A stretch of 64,000 nt of DNA from the NCBI GenBank assembly GCA_020853395.1, contig JADYYY010000008.1, forward strand, positions 21,889-85,888, in the 5' to 3' direction. This stretch comes from Acidobacteriota bacterium. Its GTDB lineage: Bacteria; Acidobacteriota; Vicinamibacteria; Vicinamibacterales; SCN-69-37. A program made the position numbers and the translations under genes. Positions 8,909 to 19,623 of this stretch are shown in pieces; the stretch's first letter is position 1; every line of letters begins with the position of its first letter. Under the pieces are notes generated by a model, which saw nothing but the letters and a program-made list of their open reading frames with translations, had not been told where the DNA came from and ran no database searches.

Positions 8909-9597
8909 CCTTGCCTCGGCCGTTCGTCGCCGCCGCAGCCTGCAGCTTGCTGACGGTTCTCCCGGCCGCGCAGACGCCGCCGCACGGCCGGCTCTTCCCG
9001 CCGGAGGACCTCGTCATCCTCGAAAGCCCCGACCGGGAAGCCTGGCAGCAGCCCGAACGGATCATGGACGCCCTTCGGATCGCCGACGGCTTCCACGTGG
9101 CGGACATCGGCGCGGGCGGCGGATGGTTCACGATCCGCCTGGCCCGTCGCGTCGGTCCGAATGGCCGGGTGTACGCCGAGGACGTACAGCCGCAGATGAT
9201 CGATTCGATTCAGCGGCGCGTCTCGGAGGGCGAAGGCCTGCGCAACGTGACCACGGTCCTGGGCACGATGGACGATCCGCGGCTGCCGACGGGGCTCGAC
9301 GCCGTGCTGATGGTGGACACGTACTCGCAGTTGCGCAACGCCGTCAATCTGCTGGAACACATCAACGAGGCGCTGGCGCCGAACGGCCTGCTCGGTGTCG
9401 TGGACTTCAAGAACGACGGCGCGGGTGGTCCGGGACCGGCGCCCGAGGAGCGCGTCGATCCAGACGTCGTGCGGCGGGATGCGGCGGCCGCGGGACTCGT
9501 CTTCAAGTCCCACGAGACGTTTCTTCGCTACCAGTACCTTCTGGTCTTCGGAAAAGGTCCGGCGACGAGCCGATCACCCAAGCCGGCGGCCCGCTAG
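8905..9597 (+). CDS. Class I SAM-dependent methyltransferase with an N-terminal signal/anchor sequence
   Basis: Motif I VADIGAGGGWF and a post-I acidic YAEDV. The N-terminus MTLPRPFVAAAACSLLTVLPAAQ is hydrophobic. Confidence 0.8.
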   Translation: MTLPRPFVAAAACSLLTVLPAAQTPPHGRLFPPEDLVILESPDREAWQQPERIMDALRIADGFHVADIGAGGGWFTIRLARRVGPNGRVYAEDVQPQMIDSIQRRVSEGEGLRNVTTVLGTMDDPRLPTGLDAVLMVDTYSQLRNAVNLLEHINEALAPNGLLGVVDFKNDGAGGPGPAPEERVDPDVVRRDAAAAGLVFKSHETFLRYQYLLVFGKGPATSRSPKPAAR

Positions 9598-10179
9598 CCG
9601 CCAGGTTTTCGGCAGAAGCATCGCCGCGGCGGCGAGCTTGAGCACGTCGAGCAGCACGAACGGGGCGAGACCGATCGTCAGCGCGGAACCAACGGCGCCA
9701 ACGTGCGCGAGCGCCAGCCAGCTCACGCCCCCTGCGTAGATCACGCCCAAGCCGGCGAGCATCGCGAGAAACGCGCTGACGTAGCGCCGATCCCATCCCT
9801 GCTCGGCCAGCCAGCCCGTGACGAACGCCGCGACCGGGTAGGCCATGAGATACCCGCCCGTCGGCCCGAGGACACGGAGCACTCCGGGCGGCAGCGTCGC
9901 TGAAGGCGCGAACACGGCGAGCCCCGCGACCCCGCTGACCACGTAGACGACTTGCGACATCGCACCGAGCCGTGAGCCCAGCGCGGCCCCGGTGAGCAGC
10001 ACCGCGATGGGCGTCAACGTGAACGGGACGGCCGTAAACGGAACGGTCGTCGTAAACTGGGCCGCCGCCGCCGTGAAGGCGGCCGCGAGCGCGACCACCG
10101 CGATGCGGAGCGGCGTGACGAGCGCCGAGCCCGCGATGGACGATGCGATCAGAGCACGCGACGTGACAGGAGCAGACAC
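9574..10179 (-). CDS. bioY: Biotin transporter BioY
   Basis: A multi-pass hydrophobic protein with the PFTLTPIAVLLTGAALG and GPTGGYLMAYP motifs typical of BioY. GTG start. Confidence 0.85.
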   Translation of the reverse strand: MSAPVTSRALIASSIAGSALVTPLRIAVVALAAAFTAAAAQFTTTVPFTAVPFTLTPIAVLLTGAALGSRLGAMSQVVYVVSGVAGLAVFAPSATLPPGVLRVLGPTGGYLMAYPVAAFVTGWLAEQGWDRRYVSAFLAMLAGLGVIYAGGVSWLALAHVGAVGSALTIGLAPFVLLDVLKLAAAAMLLPKTWRLAGRRLG

Positions 10180-10185
10180 GAGAGG

Positions 10186-10214
10186 ATTCTAGTCAATGCG
10201 CACGGCACTGACAA
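10186..10214 (-). promoter_or_regulatory. bioY promoter placed for a leaderless transcript
   Basis: On the minus strand: TTGTCA (10209-10214), 17 nt spacer, TAGAAT (10186-10191), then 6 nt to the GTG start at 10179. Confidence 0.5.
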
Positions 10215-10972
10215 TCGCCGGAAGCGATTCGGGAGGCGGTGCCGGCATCCAGGCGGACCTCAAGACGTTTGCCGCGCACGGGGTCTACGGCACGTCGGCC
10301 GTCACGGCGGTGACCGCCCAGAACACGCGCGCCGTCGGCAGCGTGTTCCTCGTGCCTCCTGACATCGTCGCGGCGCAGATCCGGATGGTCGTCGAGGACT
10401 TCGGCGCCGACGCGGTGAAGATCGGCATGCTCGGCTCTACCGGGAACGCGTCGGCGGTAGCGGAAGCGCTGCGCCGCTGGCGTCTGCCGCACGTCGTCCT
10501 CGACACGGTGCTCGCGTCGAGCACCGGCGTCCCGTTGCTGGAGGAAGGCGGCGTGCGCGTACTGCAGGACGAACTGATGCCGCTGGCGGAGGTCGTGACG
10601 ATGAACACCCGGGAGGCGCACGTGTTGACCGGCATCATCGTCGTGGACGTGCCCACGGCCCGGACGGCCGCCAGCCGTCTCCACGATCTCGGTGCACGAG
10701 CCGCGATCGTCAAGGGCGGTCATCTCGACGGGCCGCCTGTCGACGTGCTGTACGACGGGCGGACGTTCACCGAGTTCGCCGGCGAGCGGATCGCGACGCG
10801 GCACACGCACGGGACAGGCTGCACGTTCGCGGCGGCCATCGCGGCGCGCCTGGCCCTCGGTCATCCGCTGGCGCCGGCGATCCAGGCTGCCAAGGCTTAC
10901 GTGACGCGTGCGCTCGCACAGGCGCCCCATCTCGGCAGCGGTCACGGCCCGCTCGCCCATTTCCCACAGTGA
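10196..10972 (+). CDS. thiD: Hydroxymethylpyrimidine/phosphomethylpyrimidine kinase
   Basis: [23 protein letters not shown]-terminus and C-terminal [12 protein letters not shown] motif. Confidence 0.9.
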   Translation: MRTALTIAGSDSGGGAGIQADLKTFAAHGVYGTSAVTAVTAQNTRAVGSVFLVPPDIVAAQIRMVVEDFGADAVKIGMLGSTGNASAVAEALRRWRLPHVVLDTVLASSTGVPLLEEGGVRVLQDELMPLAEVVTMNTREAHVLTGIIVVDVPTARTAASRLHDLGARAAIVKGGHLDGPPVDVLYDGRTFTEFAGERIATRHTHGTGCTFAAAIAARLALGHPLAPAIQAAKAYVTRALAQAPHLGSGHGPLAHFPQ

Positions 10973-12276
10973 CCGCATCGCTATCGTCGCGCCTCCGCCG
11001 GCTCAGCCGGCTGCTCTACGCCCAGGTGCTCGTCGCCATCGTTCTCGGCGGTTTGCTGGGCCACTACGATCCCGCCACCGCCGTCGCGCTGAAGCCGCTC
11101 GGCGACGGCTTCATCGCGCTGGTCAAGATGCTGATCAGCCCGGTGATCTTCTGCACGGTCGTGCTGGGGATTGCCGGGGCGGGCGAGATGAAGAAGGTCG
11201 GCCGCGTCGGCGGCAAGGCCATCCTGTACTTCGAGGTCGTGTCCACCATCGCGCTCGTGATCGGCCTCATCGTCGTCAACGTCCTCCGGCCGGGTGCCGG
11301 CTTCAACGTCGACCCCGCGACGCTGGATGCGTCGGCCGTGGCGACGTACGCCAAGGCCGCCAGCGAACAGAGCACGGCGGAGTTCCTGCTGCACATGATC
11401 CCGGTGACGTTCATCGACGCCTTCACCGGATCGGGCAACCTGCTGCAGGTCCTGCTGCTCGCGGTGCTCTTCGGCTACGCGATGCTGCGCCTGGGCGATG
11501 CCGCCGAGCCGATCCTCCATGTGATCGAGGCCGCCTCCCGCATCTTCTTCGGGATGATGAACGTCATCATGCGCCTGGCGCCGCTCGGCGCCGCGGGCGC
11601 CATGGCCTTCACGATCGGACGCTACGGCGTGGCCGCGCTGGGCCCGCTGGTCAAGCTGATGGGCGCGTTCTATCTGACGTGCCTGCTGTTCGTCCTTCTC
11701 GGGCTCGGTGCCATCGCGGCGTTCACCGGGTTCAGCATCGTGCGCTTCGTCAGCTACATCCGCGACGAGCTGCTCATCGTGCTCGGGACGTCATCGTCCG
11801 AGGCGGGGCTGCTCCCGCTGATGCACAAGCTCGAACGCCTCGGGTGTTCCAAGTCCGTTGTCGGTCTCGTCGTGCCGTCTGGCTACTCGTTCAATCTCGA
11901 TGGCACGAACATCTACATCACGATGGCGGCGATGTTCGTCGCGCAGGCCCTGAACATCGACCTGACGATCACCGAACAGCTCACGCTGCTCGCCGTGGCG
12001 ATGCTGACGTCGAAGGGCGCCTCGGGCGTGACCGGCGCCGGCTTCGTCACGTTGGCGGCGACGCTGGCCGTGGTGCCATCGATCCCGATCGCCGGCCTGG
12101 CGCTGATTCTCGGAATCGACCGCTTCATGTCGGAAGCGCGGGCGCTCACGAACTTCGTCGGCAACGGCGTGGCCACGATCGTCGTCTCGCGCTGGGAAGG
12201 CGAGCTCGACCGCGAGACGCTCGCGCGTGAGCTCACCCGCGGCGCGCCGTCGGCCGCGTCCGGCACCCACACCTGA
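10969..12276 (+). CDS. dctA: Dicarboxylate/amino acid:cation symporter (DctA-like)
   Basis: 435 aa. Motifs: [41 protein letters not shown]. Confidence 0.9.
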   Translation: MTASLSSRLRRLSRLLYAQVLVAIVLGGLLGHYDPATAVALKPLGDGFIALVKMLISPVIFCTVVLGIAGAGEMKKVGRVGGKAILYFEVVSTIALVIGLIVVNVLRPGAGFNVDPATLDASAVATYAKAASEQSTAEFLLHMIPVTFIDAFTGSGNLLQVLLLAVLFGYAMLRLGDAAEPILHVIEAASRIFFGMMNVIMRLAPLGAAGAMAFTIGRYGVAALGPLVKLMGAFYLTCLLFVLLGLGAIAAFTGFSIVRFVSYIRDELLIVLGTSSSEAGLLPLMHKLERLGCSKSVVGLVVPSGYSFNLDGTNIYITMAAMFVAQALNIDLTITEQLTLLAVAMLTSKGASGVTGAGFVTLAATLAVVPSIPIAGLALILGIDRFMSEARALTNFVGNGVATIVVSRWEGELDRETLARELTRGAPSAASGTHT

Positions 12277-12394
12277 CGCAACGGCCGGACGCGCGCCGGC
12301 TTCTCGAGTGCGCCGCGCGAGAGTGGAACGGCGCGGCGCGCACGACGGGCCGCGCCGCACGTCCCGTGCCTGGCCGCCGTTGTACACTGCACCG

Positions 12395-12892
12395 ATGTCC
12401 GCGGCGCCGCTCGTCGGCATCGTGCGCGAGCCGCTGTCGCTCGATCGGCTGACGGCCGACGTGTCGGCCCGGGCGGAATGGCTGGCGGACGGATACGGCG
12501 CGATCGCGAGCTTCGTCGGCGTCGTGCGCGCGGTGCACGGCGGGCGCCGGGTGCGACATCTCGAGTACGAAGCCTTCGCGCCGCTCGCCGAGAAGGTCTT
12601 CCGCCAGATCGTCGCGGAAGCGGACGTGGAATGGCCCAGGACCGTGCTCGGCCTGGTGCACCGGGTCGGACGGCTCGAGATCGGCGAGGCGAGCATCGTC
12701 ATCGTCGCGGCGTCGGCGCACCGCGCGGCCGCCTTCGCGGCGTGCCGCTATGCGATCGAACGAGTCAAACAGATCGCCCCGGTGTGGAAACACGAGTTCT
12801 TCGAGGGCGGCGACGCCTGGGTCGAGGGCGCGCTGGCCGACCCGACCGACGATGCGGCGCGCCGCCAGGCGCTGGAGCGATCGTGCGGGTGA
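12395..12892 (+). CDS. moaE: Molybdopterin synthase catalytic subunit MoaE
   Basis: GAIASFVGVVR...LEYEAF...IAPVWKHEFF. Start taken at the internal ATG 12395. Confidence 0.9.
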   Translation: MSAAPLVGIVREPLSLDRLTADVSARAEWLADGYGAIASFVGVVRAVHGGRRVRHLEYEAFAPLAEKVFRQIVAEADVEWPRTVLGLVHRVGRLEIGEASIVIVAASAHRAAAFAACRYAIERVKQIAPVWKHEFFEGGDAWVEGALADPTDDAARRQALERSCG

Positions 12893-13164
12893 CGGTGCGG
12901 CTGTTCGCGATGCTGCGTGAGCGGGCGGGCACGAGCGAGTGGGCCTGCGATCTTCCACCGGGCGCGTCGGCGGCCGACGCGTGGCGCGCCCTCGTGCGCG
13001 CGCACGCCGGCCTCGAGAGCTTCAGCGGCGCCGTCTCGCCGGCCGTGAACGAAGAGTTCGCGCGAATGGACACGCGCCTCCGCGACGGCGATGACGTGGC
13101 TTTTCTGCCGCCCGTGTCGGGCGGTCAGGGTGAACGGACGCAGGATGACGCCGCAGGTTCTTGA
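12883..13164 (+). CDS. moaD: Molybdopterin synthase sulfur-carrier subunit MoaD, with a C-terminal extension after the GG motif
   Basis: GTG start overlapping the moaE stop. Canonical DGDDVAFLPPVSGG is followed by QGERTQDDAAGS before the stop. Confidence 0.8.
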   Translation: MRVTVRLFAMLRERAGTSEWACDLPPGASAADAWRALVRAHAGLESFSGAVSPAVNEEFARMDTRLRDGDDVAFLPPVSGGQGERTQDDAAGS

Positions 13165-14254
13165 GAAACTCCAGTCGGTCGAAGCGCGCTACGACGAGCT
13201 GACGCGCCTGCTCAGCGACGCCTCGATACAGGCGGATCCGTCGACGTACCGGACGCACTCCAAGTCGCTCGCCGATCTGCAGGAGATCGTCGACCGCTAT
13301 CGCGAGTACCGCCATCACGAGCGCGCTCTCGTCGAGGCGCGCGACCTCGCCGCTTCCGGCGATGCCGATCTGCGCGAGCTCGCGGCCGAGGAAGTGACGC
13401 CGCTCCAGGCGAAGCTGACCGCGCTCGAAGCGGAGATCGAGCGGCTGCTCATCCCGAAGGACCCGAACGACGACCGCAACGTCATGCTCGAGATCCGGGC
13501 CGGCACCGGCGGAGACGAGGCCGCGTTGTTCGCCGCCGACCTCTTCCGCATGTACACACGCTTCGCCGAACGGCATCACTGGAAAGTCGACGTCATCTCG
13601 AGCCATGCCACCGGCGTCGGGGGCATCAAAGAGGTCATCGCGAGCATCGAGGGGCGCGGCGCCTACCGCTTCATGAAGCACGAGAGCGGCGTCCACCGCG
13701 TGCAGCGCGTCCCGGTCACCGAAGCGAGCGGCCGCATCCACACCTCCACCGCGACCGTCGCGGTGCTGCCCGAGGCGGAGGAAGTGGACATCCAGATCGA
13801 CCCGAAGGATCTCCGGATCGACACCTTCTGCTCGAGCGGACCCGGCGGCCAGAGCGTCAACACGACGTACTCGGCAGTGCGGGTCACCCACCTGCCGACG
13901 GGGCTCGTCGTCTCTCAGCAGGACGAGAAGTCGCAGATCAAGAACCGCCAGAAAGCCCTGAAGGTCCTGCGCGCGCGCCTGTACGAGATCGAGATGCGGC
14001 GACAGCAGGAAGCGATTGCGAAGGAGCGGCGGGGCCAGGTGGGCACGGGCGAACGATCGGAGAAGATCCGGACGTACAACTTCAAGGAGAACCGGATCAC
14101 CGATCATCGGATTAACTTCACGATCCATCAGCTCGCCGATGCCCTCGACGGCGATCTCGACGAGTTGATGGGGGCGCTCGATGCCCGCGAGATGGCCGAG
14201 CGGCTCCGCGAAGCGACGGCGGTCGGTCCGGCTGAAACGCGGTCGGCCGGCTGA
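13145..14254 (+). CDS. prfA: Peptide chain release factor 1
   Basis: The GGQ motif (SGPGGQSVNTT) and the PxT region (PVTEASGRIHTS) are present. Confidence 0.95.
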   Translation: MTPQVLEKLQSVEARYDELTRLLSDASIQADPSTYRTHSKSLADLQEIVDRYREYRHHERALVEARDLAASGDADLRELAAEEVTPLQAKLTALEAEIERLLIPKDPNDDRNVMLEIRAGTGGDEAALFAADLFRMYTRFAERHHWKVDVISSHATGVGGIKEVIASIEGRGAYRFMKHESGVHRVQRVPVTEASGRIHTSTATVAVLPEAEEVDIQIDPKDLRIDTFCSSGPGGQSVNTTYSAVRVTHLPTGLVVSQQDEKSQIKNRQKALKVLRARLYEIEMRRQQEAIAKERRGQVGTGERSEKIRTYNFKENRITDHRINFTIHQLADALDGDLDELMGALDAREMAERLREATAVGPAETRSAG

Positions 14255-14255
14255 C

Positions 14256-15182
14256 GTGCGGGGGCGCCCTCCGTCCGGCGCGGCGCCGACCGTCGCCGCC
14301 CTCGTCGACCGCGCGGCCCGCGCGCTCGGTGCGGCGGGCCGGCCCGCGGACTCGAGCCGCATGGACGCCGAGGTGCTCGCACGGCATCTTCTCGGTTGGG
14401 ACCGCGCCGGTTGGCTCACGCACATGCACGAGCGGCCGCCCGCCGGGTTCACAGAGGCCTTCGACGCAGCCGTCGCCCGCCGCGCCCGCCGAGAGCCCGT
14501 GGCGTACATCACGGGCATCCGGGAGTTCTACGGACGTCCCTTTCGGGTCACGCCGGACGTGCTGATCCCTCGTCCCGAAACCGAGCGCGTCGTCGACGAG
14601 GCCCTGCGGGCGATCGACGAGCGCCGACCGCACGTCGCGCGCGTGCGCGTCGTCGACGTGGGCACCGGCAGCGGGTGCATCGCCGTCACGCTCGCGCTCG
14701 AGCGGCCGGGCATCGAGGTGGTCGCGACGGACGTCTCGCCCGCGGCGCTCGCGGTCGCGCGCCGCAACGCCGCCGATCTCGGTGTCGCTGACGTCCGGTT
14801 CGTCGAAGAGCCGCTCGTCGGTGGCGCGATCGGCGCCTATGACCTCGTGGTCTCGAACCCGCCCTACGTGGCTGAGCAGAGCCGTCAGGAATTGATGCCG
14901 GACGTCCGCGACTACGAGCCGCCGATCGCCCTGTTTGGTGGACCGGATGGGCTCGAGGTGCTCCGATCGCTGCTGCCTCGGGCCGAACGCGCGCTGGATC
15001 CAGGCGGCTGGCTGGTCGTCGAGATCGGCAGCGATCAGGACGAGCGCGTCCGCCGGCTGGCCGCCGAGGCGACGAGTCTCTCGCCGATCGGCATCGAGCC
15101 GGATCTCGCGTGCCATCCCCGCGTGCTGGTGGCCCGACGAGGCGCGCCGCCCTCGCCGCGGCTCCGTATAATCGGCCGATGA
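14256..15182 (+). CDS. prmC: Release-factor glutamine N5-methyltransferase
   Basis: VDVGTGSGCIA motif I and VSNPPYV. GTG start 2 nt after the prfA stop. This is the conserved prfA-prmC arrangement. Confidence 0.85.
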   Translation: MRGRPPSGAAPTVAALVDRAARALGAAGRPADSSRMDAEVLARHLLGWDRAGWLTHMHERPPAGFTEAFDAAVARRARREPVAYITGIREFYGRPFRVTPDVLIPRPETERVVDEALRAIDERRPHVARVRVVDVGTGSGCIAVTLALERPGIEVVATDVSPAALAVARRNAADLGVADVRFVEEPLVGGAIGAYDLVVSNPPYVAEQSRQELMPDVRDYEPPIALFGGPDGLEVLRSLLPRAERALDPGGWLVVEIGSDQDERVRRLAAEATSLSPIGIEPDLACHPRVLVARRGAPPSPRLRIIGR

Positions 15183-15520
15183 GCTGCCTCTTCTGCCGAA
15201 TCGTCGCCGGTGAGATCCCGGCGTCCACGGTGTTCGAAGACGACGTGCTGGTGGCGTTCAACGACGTGAACCCGCAAGCCCCGATGCACGTGCTCATCGT
15301 GCCCCGCCAGCACATCGAGACGTTGAACGATCTCAGCGCGTCTCAGGACGAGCTGATCGGATCGATGGTGCGCCGCGCCGCCGCGATCGCCGCCGAGCGC
15401 GGCTACGACAGCCTGGGATACCGCACGGTGTTCAACTGCAACGCCGCGGCCGGCCAGACCGTGTTCCACATCCATCTGCACGTGCTCGGCGGCAGGCATT
15501 TCAGTTGGCCGCCGGGATGA
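15179..15520 (+). CDS. HIT-family nucleotide hydrolase
   Basis: CLFCRIVAGEIP N-terminus and the histidine triad HIHLHVLGG. Confidence 0.9.
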   Translation: MSCLFCRIVAGEIPASTVFEDDVLVAFNDVNPQAPMHVLIVPRQHIETLNDLSASQDELIGSMVRRAAAIAAERGYDSLGYRTVFNCNAAAGQTVFHIHLHVLGGRHFSWPPG

Positions 15521-15530
15521 TCGACTTGGA

Positions 15531-16211
15531 CTAGAGTCTCGCCGGCAGCTCGATGAGCGAGCGGATCACGGTGACGTCCTGGCTCACGGCCGGCACGCCG
15601 CCACGAGCGAGCAGGACGCCCTGCATGCCCACGCTCCGCGCGCCGTTCACGTCGTGTTGCAGGCTGTCACCCACCATCGCGGCCTCTGTGGACCGCACGC
15701 CCATGAGATCCAGGGCCGCGCGGAAGATGTTCGGATGCGGCTTCATGTAGCCGAGCTCGGCCGACGAGACCGCCACGCTCACCAGGTCGTCGAGCGCGAA
15801 GTGCGCCTGGAACGACGCGAGGCACCGGTGCGAGTTCGAAATCAGCCCTACGCGGATGCCTCGATCGCGCAGCACCTGCAGCGTCTCGACCACGTCGTCG
15901 TAGAGCGAGAAATGGCGATGTTCGGCCCACTCCTCGAACAGCTCGCGCGCCACGTCGTCGACGCCCGGCGCATCGCCGCCCATCAGCTCGATCACGCGCC
16001 GCGCGTAGTTGACGAAGATTCGATGGTCGTAGAGGCCGTCGGCCGACTCGAGGGCTGACGCTGCGCCGGCGACGGCCGTCTCGAACCGCGCCGGATCGAC
16101 CACGATGCCCCGCCGGGCGCAGCTCGCCTGATAGCCGGAGCCGTCGAATCGCGGGCCGGGATGGATCAGGGTGAAGTCGACGTCGAAGAAGACGGCCGCG
16201 GTGCGAGCCAC
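15531..16211 (-). CDS. HAD-superfamily hydrolase
   Basis: FFDVDFTLI motif I, GLISNS motif II and MVGDSLQHD motif IV. Confidence 0.8.
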   Translation of the reverse strand: MARTAAVFFDVDFTLIHPGPRFDGSGYQASCARRGIVVDPARFETAVAGAASALESADGLYDHRIFVNYARRVIELMGGDAPGVDDVARELFEEWAEHRHFSLYDDVVETLQVLRDRGIRVGLISNSHRCLASFQAHFALDDLVSVAVSSAELGYMKPHPNIFRAALDLMGVRSTEAAMVGDSLQHDVNGARSVGMQGVLLARGGVPAVSQDVTVIRSLIELPARL

Positions 16212-16246
16212 CGGGTCCGATTATAGAATGTCAGTTTCGACCCCTC

Positions 16247-19060
16247 ATGCGCGACTGGAAAGAGACGCTCAACCTTCCGCGAACCGGTTTCCCGATGAAG
16301 GCGAACCTGCCCGCCACCGAGCCGGAGACGCTCGCCCGCTGGCAGGACATGGACCTCTACGGACAGATTCGGGCGCGGCGACAGGGCCGCCCGAAGTTCG
16401 TGCTGCACGACGGTCCTCCGTACGCGAACGGCAACATCCATCTCGGCACGGCGCTGAACAAGATCCTCAAGGACATGGTCGTGAAGTCGCGCTCGATGGC
16501 CGGCTTCGATGCGCCGTTCGTCGTCGGATACGACTGTCATGGCCTGCCGATCGAGCTGAAGGTCGATCGAGAGCTCGGCGCGAAGAAGCGGGACATGGCC
16601 GTCGCCGAGTTCTGCCAGGCGTGCCGCGCGTACGCCGAGCGCTTCATCGACACGATGACCGCGCAGTTCCAGCGGCTCGGCGTGCTCGGCACGTGGGACG
16701 CGCCGTACCTGACGATGAACTTCAAGTATCAGGCGGCGATCGCGCGCGCCTTCGGCCGCTTCGTCGAGCGCGGCCTGGTCTACAAAGGCAAGAAGCCGGT
16801 CCACTGGTGCATCCACTGCCGCACCGCGCTCGCCGAGGCCGAGGTCGAGTACGAGGAGCACACGTCGCCGTCGATCTACGTCGAGTTCCCGGCATCGCCG
16901 GCGGGCGCCGCCGACCTGGCCGCGCGCGTCCCTGCTCTGGCCAACCGCGACGTCGCGGTGTTGATCTGGACGACGACCCCGTGGACCATCCCGTCGAACC
17001 TCGCGGTCGCGTTCCATCCGGAGTTCGATTACGGGGCGTACGACGTGGACGGGCGGCTCGTCATCGTCGCCGAGGCGCTGGCCGATCGGGTGGGCGCCGC
17101 CGTCGGACGCCGTTTCGGCCCTCCGATCGCGACGTTCAAAGGCACCGCGCTGGAGGGGGTGCGCTTTCAGCACCCGCTGTACGCGCGCGACTCGGTCGGC
17201 GTGCTCGCGGAGTACGTGACGCTCGACGCCGGCACGGGCGCGGTCCACACGGCGCCCGGCCACGGCGCCGACGACTTCGCCACGGGCATGAAGTACGGCC
17301 TCGACATCTACGCGCCGGTCGGCCCGGGCGGCCACTTCCTCGACTCGGTCGACATCTTCGCCGGCCAGCGCGTCTTCGACGCCAACACCAGCGTCGAACA
17401 GGCACTCCACGAGCGCGCCCGGCTGTGGCATCGCGAGCTCTTCTCGCATCAGTACCCGCACTGCTGGCGCTGCCACCATCCGGTGATCTTCCTCGCGACG
17501 TCGCAGTGGTTCATCAGGATGGACGCGCCGCTCGGCGACGCATCGGCCGGCGCGTCGGATCGGACGCTTCGGCGCGCGGCCACCGACGCCATCGATCGCG
17601 ACGTGCAGTGGATTCCGTCGTGGGGGCACGACCGCATCTTCAACATGGTCGCGCATCGCCCCGACTGGTGCGTCTCGCGGCAGCGGGTCTGGGGCGTGCC
17701 GATTCCGGCGCTCGACTGCACCCGCTGCGGCGAGGCGCTGACGTCGGCCGCCATCGTCGAGCAGGCCGCGCGAGTCTTCGAAGCCCACGGCGCCGACGCG
17801 TGGTACAGCCATGCGACGGCGGCGTTCGTGCCAGACGGCCTCGCGTGCCCGGCATGCGGCGCGCAGGACTTCGAGAAGGAGATGAACATCCTCGACGTGT
17901 GGTTCGACTCCGGATCGAGCCACGAAGCCGTCCTGTCCGTTCGCCCGGAGCTCACATGGCCGGCCGATCTGTACCTCGAGGGCAGCGACCAGCATCGCGG
18001 ATGGTTCCAGAGCTCGCTCCTCGTCGGGCTCGGCACACGTGGGCGCGCGCCGTACCGCCAGGTGCTGACCCACGGGTTCCTCATCGACCTCGAGGGACGG
18101 AAGATGTCGAAGTCGCTCGGCACGTCGATCGCGCCGCACACCGTGATCGACCAGAACGGCGCCGACATCCTGCGGCTGTGGGTGGCGATGAGCGATTACC
18201 GCGACGAAATCCGGATCAGCCAGGAGATCCTGTCGCGGGTCGTCGAGGCGTATCGAAAGGTTCGCAACACGCTGCGGTACCTGCTGGGCAATCTCTACGA
18301 CTTCGATCCGGCGCGCGACCGCGTGAGCGCAGCGGATCGGCTGCTCGAGGTCGACCGCTACATGCTTGCGCGCATGGCGCACGTGGCCGCGGACGTGCAG
18401 CGGCACTACGACGCCTATGACTTCCAGGCCATCTTCCAGATCCTGAACGAGTTCGTCACGGTGGACCTGAGCGCGTTCTACCTCGACGTCTCGAAAGACC
18501 GTCTGTACACGCTGCGCGCGGACTCCGCTGCGCGCCGGTCGGCGCAGACGGCGCAGTACGTCATCGCCGACGGCCTGTGCCGCCTGCTCGCGCCAATCCT
18601 GTCGATGACCGCCGACGAGGTGTGGCGGCACCTGCCCGGCCCGCGGGAAGCCTCGGTGCACCTCGCCGACTTCGCGCCCGACCTCGAGCGCTGGCGAGAC
18701 GCCGCACTCGAGGCGCGCTGGGAGCGGCTGCTCGAGATCCGCCGCCAGGTGAACGCGGCGCTCGAGGGGGCCCGGCAGCGCAAGGAAATCGGCAGCTCGC
18801 TCGCCGCCCACGTGACGATTCGCGCCAGCGGCACCGACGCCGACCTGCTCGAGCAGAGCCGCGACGATCTGCCGATGCTGTGCATCACCTCGGCCGTGGA
18901 TCTCATTCGTCAGGACTCGGGGGCGCTGGCCGTCGAGGTCTCGCGAGCGGCTGGCGACAAGTGTCCCCGATGCTGGCGCATCGTCGGCGTGCAGGTCGAA
19001 GACGGCGAGCTCGCGGGCCTGTGCGAGCGCTGCGCCGAAGCCGTCGGAGTGTCGGCTTGA
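16247..19060 (+). CDS. ileS: Isoleucyl-tRNA synthetase
   Basis: 937 aa. Has HLGTALNK (the HIGH motif), KMSKS and a C-terminal zinc-finger CPRCW...CERC. Confidence 0.97.
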   Translation: MRDWKETLNLPRTGFPMKANLPATEPETLARWQDMDLYGQIRARRQGRPKFVLHDGPPYANGNIHLGTALNKILKDMVVKSRSMAGFDAPFVVGYDCHGLPIELKVDRELGAKKRDMAVAEFCQACRAYAERFIDTMTAQFQRLGVLGTWDAPYLTMNFKYQAAIARAFGRFVERGLVYKGKKPVHWCIHCRTALAEAEVEYEEHTSPSIYVEFPASPAGAADLAARVPALANRDVAVLIWTTTPWTIPSNLAVAFHPEFDYGAYDVDGRLVIVAEALADRVGAAVGRRFGPPIATFKGTALEGVRFQHPLYARDSVGVLAEYVTLDAGTGAVHTAPGHGADDFATGMKYGLDIYAPVGPGGHFLDSVDIFAGQRVFDANTSVEQALHERARLWHRELFSHQYPHCWRCHHPVIFLATSQWFIRMDAPLGDASAGASDRTLRRAATDAIDRDVQWIPSWGHDRIFNMVAHRPDWCVSRQRVWGVPIPALDCTRCGEALTSAAIVEQAARVFEAHGADAWYSHATAAFVPDGLACPACGAQDFEKEMNILDVWFDSGSSHEAVLSVRPELTWPADLYLEGSDQHRGWFQSSLLVGLGTRGRAPYRQVLTHGFLIDLEGRKMSKSLGTSIAPHTVIDQNGADILRLWVAMSDYRDEIRISQEILSRVVEAYRKVRNTLRYLLGNLYDFDPARDRVSAADRLLEVDRYMLARMAHVAADVQRHYDAYDFQAIFQILNEFVTVDLSAFYLDVSKDRLYTLRADSAARRSAQTAQYVIADGLCRLLAPILSMTADEVWRHLPGPREASVHLADFAPDLERWRDAALEARWERLLEIRRQVNAALEGARQRKEIGSSLAAHVTIRASGTDADLLEQSRDDLPMLCITSAVDLIRQDSGALAVEVSRAAGDKCPRCWRIVGVQVEDGELAGLCERCAEAVGVSA

Positions 19061-19623
19061 GCGAGCCGACGCCGACGCCGCCACTCGATGCCCCGGCACC
19101 GCCGGCGACCGCCACGGTGGATCGGCCCGCCGACGCACGCGGCGGGCTCGTCTGGTGGGTGATTGCGGCCACGGTCATCGCGGACCAGACGATCAAGGCG
19201 CTGATCGTCACGTGGATTCCACTGTACTCCGCGAAGACGATCGTCCCGCGGCTGCTCGACCTCGTCCACGTCCGCAACGCCGGCGTCGCGTTCGGGCTGA
19301 TGAACACGCTCGACCATCCGCAGCGCGGGTTGTTCACGAGCGGGCTCGCCTTCGTCGCGCTCGCGAGCATCGTGTTCTACTCGCGCTACGTGCAGGCGCA
19401 CGAGCGGCTCGCGCGTCTTGGCCTGTCGCTCATCCTGGGCGGAGCGATCGGCAATCTGATCGACCGGCTCCGCCACGGCTACGTCGTGGATTTCGTCGAC
19501 GTGTACTTCCGGAGCTGGCATTTCTGGGCGTTCAACGTGGCGGACGCCGCGATCACGATCGGCGCGATCCTCGTGTGCGTCGACATCCTCTTCGTGAATC
19601 GACATGCACCCGATTCTGTTTGA
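19057..19623 (+). CDS. lspA: Lipoprotein signal peptidase II
   Basis: VRNAGVAFG and IGNLIDR...VVDF motifs. Conserved ileS-lspA synteny. The start (TTG 19057) is uncertain. Confidence 0.85.
   Translation: MSEPTPTPPLDAPAPPATATVDRPADARGGLVWWVIAATVIADQTIKALIVTWIPLYSAKTIVPRLLDLVHVRNAGVAFGLMNTLDHPQRGLFTSGLAFVALASIVFYSRYVQAHERLARLGLSLILGGAIGNLIDRLRHGYVVDFVDVYFRSWHFWAFNVADAAITIGAILVCVDILFVNRHAPDSV

Noticed and set aside
12277-12394. A possible Moco riboswitch upstream of moaE, including the 9-bp hairpin GCGCCGCGC...GCGCGGCGC at 12310-12339.
   Set aside because: None of the conserved Moco-motif junction sequences are recognisable. The hairpin is more simply a U-tract-less terminator or stabiliser after dctA.
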